From: Candidatus Latescibacterota bacterium
Lineage (GTDB): Bacteria; Latescibacterota; UBA2968; UBA8231
NCBI GenBank assembly: GCA_965223905.1
Contig: CBDCXV010000011.1
Location: 1,248,001-1,312,000 of the forward strand
Length of the DNA: 64,000 nt
Direction: 5' to 3'
Both the position numbers and the translations under genes were made by a program. The notes under the pieces are model-generated. The model was not told the origin of the DNA. It ran no database searches and saw only the letters and a list, made by a program, of their open reading frames with translations. This document shows positions 38,096 through 48,849 of the stretch, one piece after another. Every line of letters starts with the position of its first letter. Position 1 is the first letter of the stretch.

Positions 38096-39373
38096 TCAGT
38101 CTGATGGCTGGCAGCCCGACCCTCGGATGTAGGGAAGCGCTCCAAAACGCCCGGCCAGATATGCCTTTTCCAGGTTGTCAAAGCCCCTCCTTAGCCGGAA
38201 ATCGCTGAGCGGAAAAAGGCTGGTCTCCAGGCGTTCATTGCGTTCACAGAACCAGATCTGATCTGATCGCAACAAACCCTGATCGAGAATAGACGTATCG
38301 TGGGTCGAGAAAACGAGCTGTGCTCCGTGCGGATTCGCTTCCGGATCGTGGAAACGGTTGACCAGGAACCGGACAAGTTCCGGATGCAGATTGTCATGCA
38401 GTTCATCGAACACAATGACGTTGCCTTCAGCAAGGGAATGGAGCCAGGGACCGGCGAGAGCGAACATCTTTTGGGTTCCGTCCGACTCTTCGTCTATATC
38501 CAGTTCCGCGGGCCTACCGCCTATCGGTTTATGCTCCAAGAAGATATCCACGGTCTTTTTTCTCGTGAGTTCTTTGGCGACATGCTCTTTCAATTCCTTG
38601 GGCATATCTGCGGGAAGCATATCCGGGGAGAAATCCTTTTCGACGATCCGCATGCCGGCAACCGCAAGATCGGCTGCCGCGAGAAACTCAACGACGCCGG
38701 CTTTGTCGTTGTTGTTACAGTATTCCAAGGAAAAACCGGGGTTCCATCCACCCACGTCGGCGATGTGGAGCCGCTTGCGGAACCAGTCGAAAAGGGGTTG
38801 CATCTGAGTGCTGTTGAGCGAAACAGCCGTCGACAAGAACAGTGCTTGGGGACGGGTTGCTCTTCTCCAGACCTCACGGTCCCCCGTGAGCTTCCCGCCG
38901 AGCTTCCAGGAGGGTTCACCGGACGTCTCGCTGCGGCTTCTCTCGAACCAGACCTGCATCCTTCCGCTCGGCCACGCATAAAGCCACTCGCCGGTCACCT
39001 CTTGGGGTGTGGCGGAAAAGCCGTATTGGTATCGAACGCCATCCGCGATACACACTACCTCGAAAGATGTCGGCCGGTCGTTGCATGCGGGATCGAATCG
39101 GAACGTCGTCACGGGGAGTCCTTCGAGACTGCCGGAGGCTCGGAGCACGATGTCGTGCATCGTCTGCAGGCCCCTGAGGAGATTGGTCTTGCCCGAGGCA
39201 TTCGCACCGTAGATCGCCGCCGATCGCAGGAGCCGAATCGGTCGTGCGTCTTCGGAAAGATTGGGCACGACCACGTTGGAGTCACCATGCTTCTTGTCGT
39301 TGCCGGCGACGAGGCTGAGACGTGCCTCTTCCTTGATCGATCTGAAATTGGTAACCGAAAATTCAACAAGCAT
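38096..39373 (-). CDS. RloA-like AAA_21 ATPase (abortive-infection-type)
   Basis: F.V.NFRSI, IYGANASGKTN, ESDGT, DEL..LHP, QLVFSTH, DQIWF, YL.GRFGA.P. Confidence 0.9.
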   Translation of the reverse strand: MLVEFSVTNFRSIKEEARLSLVAGNDKKHGDSNVVVPNLSEDARPIRLLRSAAIYGANASGKTNLLRGLQTMHDIVLRASGSLEGLPVTTFRFDPACNDRPTSFEVVCIADGVRYQYGFSATPQEVTGEWLYAWPSGRMQVWFERSRSETSGEPSWKLGGKLTGDREVWRRATRPQALFLSTAVSLNSTQMQPLFDWFRKRLHIADVGGWNPGFSLEYCNNNDKAGVVEFLAAADLAVAGMRIVEKDFSPDMLPADMPKELKEHVAKELTRKKTVDIFLEHKPIGGRPAELDIDEESDGTQKMFALAGPWLHSLAEGNVIVFDELHDNLHPELVRFLVNRFHDPEANPHGAQLVFSTHDTSILDQGLLRSDQIWFCERNERLETSLFPLSDFRLRRGFDNLEKAYLAGRFGALPYIRGSGCQPSD

Positions 39374-39522
39374 ATTTCTAAGGTTCCGCGAAATTACCTC
39401 ACCGGAAGACGCGAATCGTCTTCGGGCACCAAGGTTTTCAAATCAGGCATAATAAGGCGCCATCTATCGATATTCAAGGCGATTGGAACGTGCGAAAAGG
39501 TCACGCAAGGTCTCTGACGAGA

Positions 39523-42500
39523 ATGTTTGCGGTTGCTCGAGGCGCGACGAAAAAAACCCCATCGGGCAGACCATCGCCGTCGGCAGCGGCTTCCCGGAGC
39601 CGCCGCGTGACGATAGGTGCGGCGATCCTCCTTCTATGCGCCTGCCTGCTCGCCCCGGGCCCGGGAAGCGCCGTCGAGTTCTTCGTCTCCCCGGACGGCG
39701 ACGACGCCAACCCCGGCACCCGGAAGCGACCCTTCGCCAGCCTCGAGCGCGCCCGCGACGCCGTGCGCGCTTCCGCAGCGGGCGATACCGGAAGCGCAGG
39801 CGCTGCTGTCTGGATCCGGGGCGGCCGCTACTTCAGGGACGCGGAGTTCCGCCTCGGCCCCGGGGATTCCGGCGGCGAGGGAGCCCCGGTTGCGTACAAG
39901 GCCTTCGACGGCGAGGTCCCCCGCTTCATCGGCGGGGCCGCCATCGAGGCGGACTGCTTCTCCCGAACGGGGGCGGACTCCCCCGTCTGGCACCGGCTCG
40001 ATGCATCCGCCCGCGGAAACCTCGTCGAATGCGACCTGCCCGCCCTCGGCATCGCCGGCTTCGGCGACCTCACCAGCGCGCACTACCGGCCGATCCACTC
40101 CGAGCTCAGCTTCAACGGCGAGGTCATGCCCCTGGGCCGCTGGCCGAACGAGGACTTCGCCCTCATCTACCGGGCCCTCAGCGAGACGACCTTCGTGTAC
40201 GACCACGACCGCCCGGACCGCTGGACGGAAGCCACGGCCCCCTGAGTCAACGGGTACTGGCGCTACCTGTGGGCGAACAAGTACCTGCCGGTCACCGCCA
40301 TCGACACGGTCGCCAACGTCTTCACCATCGCCGACCGCCCGGGGTACCCGATCGCGACCGGCCGCTTCTGGTACGGACTCAATCTCCTCGAATAGATCGA
40401 CCTGCCCGGGGAGTGGTACCTCGAACGCAACCCGGATGCGCCCGGGACCTACGGCAAGCTCTATCTCTGGCCGCCGGACAAGCTGGATACCGCCGAGATC
40501 ATGCTGTCCCTGCACGGGGGCGACGGCTCGGCCCTCGTCCGTCTCGACAGCGTCCGCCATGTCCGCTTCGAGGGATTGACCTTCGAGCTGACCCGCGGCG
40601 ACGGCATCGTCATCGAGAACTCGCGCGACGCGGTGATCGACCGCTGCGTCCTGCGCAACATCGGCGGCCAGGGGATCACGACGGACAGTTGCACCCGCGT
40701 CGGCGTGCTCAACAGCGAGCTCTACGGCATCGGCTCCGAGGCGGTCCGCCTTTCGGGAGGTGACCGCCGCACCCTGACGCCGGGGGGCAACTATGTGCGC
40801 AATTGCCACATCCACCACTTCGGCCGCTGGAAGCGCACCTACTCGCAGGCGGTCCGGTTTGACGAGGGAGCCGGCAACGAGGCGACCCACAACCTCATCC
40901 ACGGCACCCCCCACATCGCCATCCAGTACAGCGGCAACGAGCACCTGATCCAGTACAACGAGATCTTCGATTCCTGTTGGGAGACCGGCGACGCCGGGGT
41001 CATCATGGGGGACTGGGGATGGGACAGCCGCGGCAACCGCATCGTCGGCAACTACCTCCACGACAACGTCAGCCGCGTCCCGGGCCGCGGAGGCTTCAAC
41101 GCCGTGTACCTCGACGGGTCCTGCGCCGGCGACACGATCGCCGGCAACATCATCTACGACTCCGGCGAGTTCGGGGTCATGCACAACAGCGGCCGCGAGG
41201 TCGTGATCGACAACAACGTCTTCGTCGGCGCCAAGGCGGCCATCCACGCGACGGCGCATGGGTGGTACGACACGACCAACGGCCACGCGATGAACTTCCT
41301 CGAGCGCATCCAGAAATTCGACTACCGCAATCCACCCTGGAGCCGGGCCTATCCGGCGCTCGCCGCCACCCCCGGCGACCGCAGCCACCCGGACTTCGAG
41401 CGGTTCAAGTTTCCCGTCGGCAGCGTGCTCGTGCGCAACGTCCCGTGGCGCAACCGCTACTGGCTCGACCCGCGCCGCCTGGAGGCGTACGACCACTACG
41501 AGCGCATCGCCGACAACATCGACGGGGAAGACCCCCGGTTCCTCGACGAGGCCGGGCGCCAGCTGGCGCTTCGCGGCGATTCGCCGGCGTGGGACATTCC
41601 CGGTTTCCGGCGTATCCCCTTCGAGAAGATGGGCCGCCTGAAGCCGAGCAAAGCCTCCCGCCCGCATCCCCCGGACGGGTACGACTACCCTCTCCCCGAG
41701 GGCGGAGAGGAAATGCTGCGCTGGGCTCCCGCCCTCGACGGAGTCGCCCGCGATCTCTATCTGGGCGAAGATCCCGGCGACCTCGAGGGCAAGCCGGCCT
41801 CGACCGGGATGCAGAGCGAGGAGTTCGCCGCTGCCAACCTCGAACCCGGGAAGCGGTACTTCTGGCGCGTCGACGAGCGGGGCGCCGGGGGTGAGGTCCT
41901 TGCCCGCGGCGACGTCTGGAGCTTCACGACCGGGCTCGGCCCGGATGCCCCGGCCGGGGCGGCAACCTGGCGCTTCGACACCACCCGTCTCACCGCTGAC
42001 GTCGGCGGCGGGTTGTTACGCGGCGAGGTCGAAGACGGGGTCGCCGTGTACCGGTTCGATGACCTCGAGGTCCCGCCAGGAGTAACCGTGGTTGGCGCAG
42101 GGCAGCGCGCCCTGGAGCTGAGAAGCGCCCGCGATATCGCGGTTCGCGGCGTCATCGACGTTTCCGGCGAGGGCGGCGGGGACGGTTTCGCCGGCCCGGC
42201 TCGCGGAGGCCAAGGCCGGCTGGGAGGTTTCGATGGAGGAGACGCGGGCGCGACCGATTCCACCGGCAGCGTGGGAATGGGGCCGGGGGCGGGAGGTGCG
42301 AGCACCAGCATCTTCCTCGCCGACGGGGTGACGGCAGCGGCTTTCGCCGCACCGGAGGGGGCGGCAGCGGGGGCATGATCGCGCTGCAGGCCGAAGGCGC
42401 CGTCGAGATCGAAGGGCGGGGCCCTTTTCAGCGCCCGCGGGGGAAAGGGGGCGACTGCGCCTGGATGGGGGCCAACGGCGGAGGAGGCGGGGGCGGCAGG

Positions 42501-42686
42501 ACCTCCATTGCCGCCCAGCGCTTGACGATCAGCGGCGGCCCGCACCCGCCCGGGCCGGTCCCCGACGCCCCCGAGCTGGTGGTTTCCGGTGGCCGCGGGG
42601 GGGGGGGGTATTATGCGGTTGACGCGGTCAACAACGCCGCTAAGGGTTCCGACGGCACCGTGTTCTTCAGGGTCAGCGAAAAATGA
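39523..42686 (+). pseudogene. Secreted right-handed beta-helix protein with Gly-rich tail; two nonsense codons and a distal frameshift
   Basis: FFVSPDGDD.NPGT..PFASLERA start; in-frame TGA at 40243 and TAG at 40393; PGEWY, beta-helix repeats; frame change near 42340-42375. Confidence 0.8.
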
Positions 42687-42860
42687 AACCCGGATGCGAG
42701 CAAACCGCACAGTTTCCCCTCCCTGAACCTAGGCTGCCAAGATTGGCGACAACCCGGAAATCATTCCCTTGATCCGGGGCGTTTTTCAAGCCCGCGTTCG
42801 ATTGCCAGATCATCGGCGGCAAGGAAACGCAAACGTTCCGCAAACTGGTTAAATTCAATC

Positions 42861-42959
42861 CGGAAGAACTGGCCCACGCGTGAGAACCCATACATCAACA
42901 CCGCCTACTGGCACAGCTCTTGGCTGCTCGTGTTGCTCGGATTGGAACCGGTAGGATGA
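42861..42959 (+). pseudogene. C-terminal remnant of an ABC peptide substrate-binding protein
   Basis: Translates RKNWPTRENPYINTAYWHSSWLLVLLGLEPVG*, typical of family 5 SBP ends; lies just before the permease. Confidence 0.65.
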
Positions 42960-42993
42960 GGTACGGCGATTCCGGCGCGTCGCCGCGGCCGGC

Positions 42994-44004
42994 ATGAGTC
43001 GCAGTTTCGTCCTCCGGCGCGTCGCCCTCTTCGTCGTCGTCATCTGGGCCGCGGCCAGCATAAACTTCTTCATACCCAGACTGGCAACGGGTAGGGACCC
43101 CATCCGCGAAAAACTGGGACTGCTCGCGGCCACGGGCGGTCTGCGCCAGGAAGGCGTCGAGGCGATGGTCAAAGCCTACCAGGTCAAGTTCGGTCTCGAC
43201 AAACCGCTCTACGTGCAGTACCTGAACTTCCTCAGCGACACCTTCCGTTTCGACCTGGGATACTCGCTGGCCAACTATCCGATTCGCGTTGGCCGGATGA
43301 TCGGCGATGCCATGCCGTGGACGATCGGATTGCTGCTGGTCGCCACGTTAATGGGGTTCTCCGCCGGCACCTTGACGGGGGCCCTGGCCGCCTGGCCACG
43401 CGCGCCGGCTTTCTTCCGGCATGCCGTGTTCCCCTTGATGACGCTGTCGGCGATTCCCCCATATCTCCTCGGCCTGGTCGTCCTCTACTTCCTGGGCTTG
43501 CAGTGGAAGCTGTTTCCTCTTTCGGGTGGATATGGGCCCGGGACCCTACCCAGCTTCAGGCTCGACTTCATCCTGGAGGTCATGCACCATTCCACCCTGC
43601 CCGCGCTGGCCATCGTCCTGCAATCGATGGGATTCTGGGCTCTTGGCATGCGCGGCATGATGGTCAGCACCACAGGCGAGGATTTCATGGCCCTGGCCCA
43701 TGCCAACGGCTTGAGACGGCCCACCATATTTCTTCGGTACGCGGTGCGCAACGCGTTCCTGCCACAGTATACGGCGCTGGGACTCTCCCTGGCATTCGTC
43801 GTGACCGGACAGGTGATTGTCGAGGTGATTTTCGCTTATCCTGGTGTCGGGACCTTGCTGTTCAAAGCCATCCAGGGGTCTGATTACACCGTTATCAACG
43901 GCATCGTTTTCATCACCATCCTGTCCATCGGGCTGGTGACGATGGTTATGGATTTCACCTATCCACTGCTCGACCCCCGAATATCCCATCACCGGCACGA
44001 CTGA
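42994..44004 (+). CDS. Peptide/nickel-type ABC transporter permease (DppB/OppB-like)
   Basis: FGLDKPL..QY, DLGYS, VE.IF.YPG.G, LDPRI. Confidence 0.92.
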   Translation: MSRSFVLRRVALFVVVIWAAASINFFIPRLATGRDPIREKLGLLAATGGLRQEGVEAMVKAYQVKFGLDKPLYVQYLNFLSDTFRFDLGYSLANYPIRVGRMIGDAMPWTIGLLLVATLMGFSAGTLTGALAAWPRAPAFFRHAVFPLMTLSAIPPYLLGLVVLYFLGLQWKLFPLSGGYGPGTLPSFRLDFILEVMHHSTLPALAIVLQSMGFWALGMRGMMVSTTGEDFMALAHANGLRRPTIFLRYAVRNAFLPQYTALGLSLAFVVTGQVIVEVIFAYPGVGTLLFKAIQGSDYTVINGIVFITILSIGLVTMVMDFTYPLLDPRISHHRHD

Positions 44005-44006
44005 TA

Positions 44007-44864
44007 GTGGAACGTCTGCTGGCCGCCCTGCTCTATCTGCGAGAGAGCCCCATGCTCGGTGGCGGGTTGGCGGTGATGGGCCTGATCCTGGTGTTCGCGC
44101 TGGCGGGTCCCCTCTTTGTGGACACCGATGCGGCGCAGCCGCTGTCTGCCACTCCCCGTTTGGCCCCTTCAGGGGCGCACCCGTTCGGCACGGACGATTC
44201 GGGGCGGGATTTGCTCGCGGTCATGGTCGTCGGCGTGCCGTTGACCTTGCGCATCGGCTTTCTGGCAGGGGCGGTCGGCCTCGGGATCGGCATCGTTCTC
44301 GGATTCCTCAGCGGCTACGTGGGCGGCAAGATCGATGCCGTCGTGCGGGGCACCGTCGACACGCTGCTGACGGTTCCCGGCCTCGTCGTGCTGATCTCCA
44401 TCGCCTCGACCATTCGAGAGGAGATCAGTGTCAACCTGATGGCGTTGGTGGTCGCCTCTCTCGCTTGGATGTGGCCTACCCGGACCATCCGGTCTCAGGT
44501 TTTGACTCTGCGGACGAGAGCCTACGTGGACATGGCAAAGCTCAACGGCATGAACACGATGGAGATTATCTGGCGCGAGCTGGTCCCCAACCTGCTTCCC
44601 TACCTGGCCTCCAACCTGGCAGGCGCCGTGTCGTGGGCGATCCTGGCCACGATCGGCCTCGAAGCCCTCGGCTTGGGTCCGCAGAACGAGCCCACCGTCG
44701 GCATGACCATCTACTGGTCGATCACCTTCAGCGCCCTCATCCGCGGCCTGTGGTGGTGGTGGTCGATTCCCATCGTCTTCCTGGTGCTGCTGTTCGTCAG
44801 CTTGATCATGATCGCCGCAGGCCTCGACGAGCTGGCCAATCCCAAGCAGCGCAGGGCGGTCTGA
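44007..44864 (+). CDS. Peptide ABC transporter permease (DppC/OppC-like)
   Basis: HPFGTDDSGRD, EAA-like loop, PNLLP. Confidence 0.92.
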   Translation: MERLLAALLYLRESPMLGGGLAVMGLILVFALAGPLFVDTDAAQPLSATPRLAPSGAHPFGTDDSGRDLLAVMVVGVPLTLRIGFLAGAVGLGIGIVLGFLSGYVGGKIDAVVRGTVDTLLTVPGLVVLISIASTIREEISVNLMALVVASLAWMWPTRTIRSQVLTLRTRAYVDMAKLNGMNTMEIIWRELVPNLLPYLASNLAGAVSWAILATIGLEALGLGPQNEPTVGMTIYWSITFSALIRGLWWWWSIPIVFLVLLFVSLIMIAAGLDELANPKQRRAV

Positions 44865-45859
44865 TGACGCGTTCGGGGAGCCGCATACTGCTGCAGACCG
44901 CGGGGCTGGAGGTTCAGTACGAGACGCGCCGGGGTATCGTCCGCGCCGTCAACGAACTGGACCTGACGCTCTACGAAGGGGAGCGCTTCGGTCTGGTCGG
45001 CGAGTCCGGAAGCGGCAAGACCACGGCCATCCTGGCACTGCTGCGCTTGATCGAGGCACCCGGACGTATCGCCGCGGGTGAAATCCACATGGATGGCGTC
45101 GATCTGTTGCAGCTGTCGGAAGAAGAGATGAGGCAGGTTCGACTGGCCCGCATCGCCATGGTCCCGCAGGGCGCGATGAATTCGCTCAATCCAGTCGCGC
45201 GAGTCGGGGATCAGATGCGACTGACGATACTCGAACACGAACGGGAGCTGAACAGGGACGACGCCGAGAGCCGTGTCGTCGAGCTGTTGCAGATGGTCGG
45301 CCTCTTGCCTTCTGTAGCGAAGCTGTATCCCCATGAGCTCAGCGGCGGCATGAAGCAGAGAGTGTGTGTCGCCACCGCCATCTCGCTCCGCCCGCGGCTG
45401 ATCCTGGCAGACGAACCGACGAGTGCCCTGGACGTGGTCGTCCAGCGTCAGATCATGCAGACGTTGCGCTCGTTGCAGGAGCGCATTAACGCGACGGTCC
45501 TGCTGGTGGGACACGACATGGGGCTGATGGCGCAGTTCGTCGAACGCATCGGCATCATGTACGGAGGCAGACTGGTCGAAGTGGGAAATGTGCAGGATAT
45601 CTTCCGCAACCCGCGTCATCCCTACACGCAGTTGCTGATATCGAGTATCCCTTCCTTCGAGACCCGGGGAGAGTTCAAAGGCATCCCCGGCGTCGGACTG
45701 TCGCTGCTGCACCCGCCCAGCGGCTGCCTCTTCCACCCTCGGTGTCCACGCGCCCTGGAGGAATGCGCGGAGGCGGTCCCAACTCTCAACCGTGTGACCG
45801 ACACCCAAAGCGCCGCCTGCCTGCTGTACGGAGAGGAGCATCATGCCTCCGATACTTGA
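44864..45859 (+). CDS. Peptide ABC transporter ATPase (DppD/OppD-like)
   Basis: GESGSGKT, YPHELSGGMKQR, ADEPT, HPYT, GC.FHPRC; ATG overlaps the upstream stop. Confidence 0.92.
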   Translation: MTRSGSRILLQTAGLEVQYETRRGIVRAVNELDLTLYEGERFGLVGESGSGKTTAILALLRLIEAPGRIAAGEIHMDGVDLLQLSEEEMRQVRLARIAMVPQGAMNSLNPVARVGDQMRLTILEHERELNRDDAESRVVELLQMVGLLPSVAKLYPHELSGGMKQRVCVATAISLRPRLILADEPTSALDVVVQRQIMQTLRSLQERINATVLLVGHDMGLMAQFVERIGIMYGGRLVEVGNVQDIFRNPRHPYTQLLISSIPSFETRGEFKGIPGVGLSLLHPPSGCLFHPRCPRALEECAEAVPTLNRVTDTQSAACLLYGEEHHASDT

Positions 45860-46874
45860 GGCGCGACGGGTCCGCAAGGTGTTCCACGGCGGCGGCGTAT
45901 TCGGCCGCGGGTCGGAAACGGTGGCCGTGGAGGATTTCTCCCTGAGCGTGTCCCCCGAATCGCCGTCCTTCATCACGATCGCCGGCGAGAGCGGCAGCGG
46001 CAAGACGACGATCGCCCGGCTGCTCCTCGGCCTCGCAGCCCCCTCCAGGGGTCAGGTTCTCTATCAGGGCGACGACGTGCAGAAACTCAAGGGCGACAGA
46101 CTGCGAGCCTTTCGCAAGGACGTGCAGGCTATCTTCCAGGATCCCTTCGAGGTGTACAACCCGTTTTACAAGGTGGACCATATCCTGACAACGCCGATCC
46201 GCAAGTTCAGACTCGCCGACTCGAAGGCCCAGGCCCGCGAACTGGCCGCCGACGCTCTGGAGACGGTGGGCTTACGGCCCGACGAGACCCTCGGTCGCTA
46301 TCCACACCAGTTGAGCGGGGGACAGCGCCAGCGCATTACCGTCGCGCGGGCGTTGATTTTGAAACCTCGGTTGATTATCGCCGACGAGCCGGTGTCCATG
46401 GTCGACGCCTCCCTGCGGGCGACGATCCTCGAGAGCATGCATCGACTGTACAGCGAGTTTGACATTTCCTTCATTTACATCACGCACGATTTGACCACGG
46501 CCTTCCAAGTCACCGACAACATCATCATTCTCTACCATGGCGCCGTGGCGGAAGCAGGGCCGGTAGAGGAGGTAATCGATGATCCGAAGCACCCTTATAC
46601 CAGGGAGTTGATCGGTGCCATCCCGGTTCCAGACCCGACCGTGGGATGGCTCGACGACAAGGTCGCACAGACTGCGGATGAAGACATGTCGACCGAAGCC
46701 GGCGGATCGGGATGCAACTACGCCGCTCGCTGCGTCGATGTCATGAAGCGCTGCCGATCGGAGGTCCCGGCACTATATCGGACCGACGCCGGTCGGGCAT
46801 GCGCCTGCTTCCTGCACGAGGCGGCGCCCACCCGAGTGCAGGGAGACATAGCAACCCTCTTTACGGACTCGTGA
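45843..46874 (+). CDS. Peptide ABC transporter ATPase (DppF/OppF-like)
   Basis: GESGSGKT, YPHQLSGGQRQR, ADEPVS, HPYT. Confidence 0.92.
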   Translation: MPPILEARRVRKVFHGGGVFGRGSETVAVEDFSLSVSPESPSFITIAGESGSGKTTIARLLLGLAAPSRGQVLYQGDDVQKLKGDRLRAFRKDVQAIFQDPFEVYNPFYKVDHILTTPIRKFRLADSKAQARELAADALETVGLRPDETLGRYPHQLSGGQRQRITVARALILKPRLIIADEPVSMVDASLRATILESMHRLYSEFDISFIYITHDLTTAFQVTDNIIILYHGAVAEAGPVEEVIDDPKHPYTRELIGAIPVPDPTVGWLDDKVAQTADEDMSTEAGGSGCNYAARCVDVMKRCRSEVPALYRTDAGRACACFLHEAAPTRVQGDIATLFTDS

Positions 46875-47154
46875 CCTGATCGCCGTAAATTGCGCGCCGC
46901 GGTGTCCGCGGCCGCTCGCACATTCCCCAGAACCTTGCGCGCAATTCCCCCCGACTCCGACGCCGTGTCCTCCTTCTTCCTGGGTTTTCGAAATGGAAGT
47001 CCCGGCAGGTCCACGGGAACAGCCGCGGCCGAAGAAAGTCGAGATCCCTGCGGATGATCCCTTTCGGAAAAGGTTTGTCAGCTCCCGCCCGTCATGCGTG
47101 GAATGCAGTGCCGCAGCGGCATCAACACACCATTCCCAATATCAGGACCATCGT

Positions 47155-48849
47155 TCATCGGCCGATCAGGATCGTCACCCGGTGCGGCTCGGTTCCCGGC
47201 GGCCGTTTCCGGGCTCCGTGAGCATCGCGCAGGGTGAACGGGTGATGCACGAGGATGTCCTGCCTGCCGTCCCTGTCGAGGTCCACCAGCCAGGCGAACT
47301 CCCCGTCGTGCAGCGACACCGCCACCTTCCTGGGCCGCCGGGCGAACAGGTCCGGCCCCGGAACTCCGGCAAAAACGTCAAGCTCTCGGAATTCGGGTTC
47401 GATCAGCAGGTCCGAGCGGCCGTCGCCGGTCACGTCCCCGATGAGCAAGGCCCGGTTGAATGCGCGCGGCCAGGCTTGTTGCGTCATGCGGCTCTCGTGC
47501 GTCCCCCCTCGGAGCAGGATGTCCAGTGGAACCCAACCCGGTTCGCGATGACTGGGCACACCGTCCAGCGCAATTCTGTGGATGGCGTTGGGTGCGTCCG
47601 GGAAGGGGCCGTCTCCCGTTCGGTAGAACTCGAGATTCAGGACGACGTCATCCCCCATGAACCCCTTGATTCTCTTCCAGAGACTGCTCTCGAGGAACCT
47701 CGCCTCGATAGTCGTGAACATCAGGTCGATATGGCCGTCGCCATCGAAGTCGTGACGGTCCATCCCGAGCTGAATGTTGCCGTCCGACTGGAACCTGGCC
47801 CCGGCCTCCGGCGCGAAAACGGTACCGCCACCGGGTGTCCGGGCGCCGAAATGCACCTCGCAGGCGGAACGCTTGCTGGAGATGCGACTGCCCTCCAGCG
47901 AGAAAACCACCAGGTCGGCGACGCCATCGCCGTTCAGGTCGGTCAACGAGTGCAGCGCCCTCCCCGTCATGTCTCCGGTGGCGAGCGAGGAGAGATCGTC
48001 CGATTCGAACTCCACCTCGGTTGTGAAGGTCCGGCCCACAGGGGGAAACAGACCGCGCTCGTCCTGGAGATGAACTACGAAGTGGTCCTCGTTCCAGAAC
48101 ACCAGGTCCCCGCGACCATCTCCGTTGTAGTCCATCTCGTGGATACGGCTCTGGCTCCAGGGATCGTATCGGTAACCGTCGGCTCCCAGAATCCGGCGCA
48201 TGTCGGTGGAGGGGCCGATCTTCACCGGATCTGCGTAGGTTCCGCCGCTCATCTGGATGAACACCCGGAAGCCGTCGACATCCGGCACCAGAAGGTCGTC
48301 GCGGCCGTCGCCGTTCACGTCACGGGTGACGTCCACATGGGGAATTTCCGTTTTGCGAGGGGGGGCGAAGTTGGAAGAAACCGCAAGCAGCGGGCGCTCC
48401 GTCCCCGATTCGGGATCGAACCAGCTCAGGCGGCCGGGTTCGAAGGTGACCAGCCGGTCGCGGCCGCCGATGCCGGCCACGTCGACGAAAGCCACTTCGG
48501 GACGCAGGGTTGCCTCGAGTCCCGGAACCCAGGTGCCGTCGCCGAAGGCGTAGATGCGCAAGAGGCGGTCGCCGCTGTCTTCGACGGTCAGCACCGCAAG
48601 TTCCGCGACAGCCCCGCCGAGAAGGAATCCCGTCAGAACGGTCTGGCGTTTCGCCAGGCCGGTGACAACCTCGAACTGCTCGAAACCGAATTCCGCGGCA
48701 ACAGATTCCCCTATCCAGGTTCCCTCCGGGGTCGTGAATCTCGACAGGAATACGGCAAGAACCAGTATGAAGAACCGGCTGCGTCGATACTGCCTCCGAC
48801 ACCGTTCCAGGGGAACCCTTTCCCCAGGGAGGAATCGAATCATTTTCAT
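47155..48849 (-). CDS. FG-GAP/VCBS repeat protein
   Basis: Repeated DxNGDGxxDL motifs (about 6); N-terminal hydrophobic segment. Confidence 0.85.
   Translation of the reverse strand: MKMIRFLPGERVPLERCRRQYRRSRFFILVLAVFLSRFTTPEGTWIGESVAAEFGFEQFEVVTGLAKRQTVLTGFLLGGAVAELAVLTVEDSGDRLLRIYAFGDGTWVPGLEATLRPEVAFVDVAGIGGRDRLVTFEPGRLSWFDPESGTERPLLAVSSNFAPPRKTEIPHVDVTRDVNGDGRDDLLVPDVDGFRVFIQMSGGTYADPVKIGPSTDMRRILGADGYRYDPWSQSRIHEMDYNGDGRGDLVFWNEDHFVVHLQDERGLFPPVGRTFTTEVEFESDDLSSLATGDMTGRALHSLTDLNGDGVADLVVFSLEGSRISSKRSACEVHFGARTPGGGTVFAPEAGARFQSDGNIQLGMDRHDFDGDGHIDLMFTTIEARFLESSLWKRIKGFMGDDVVLNLEFYRTGDGPFPDAPNAIHRIALDGVPSHREPGWVPLDILLRGGTHESRMTQQAWPRAFNRALLIGDVTGDGRSDLLIEPEFRELDVFAGVPGPDLFARRPRKVAVSLHDGEFAWLVDLDRDGRQDILVHHPFTLRDAHGARKRPPGTEPHRVTILIGR

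Noticed and set aside
40243-40395. Alternative genetic code or Sec/Pyl recoding
   Set aside because: TGA and TAG terminate many genes here, and the expected residues are Trp and Glu/Gln, each one substitution away.
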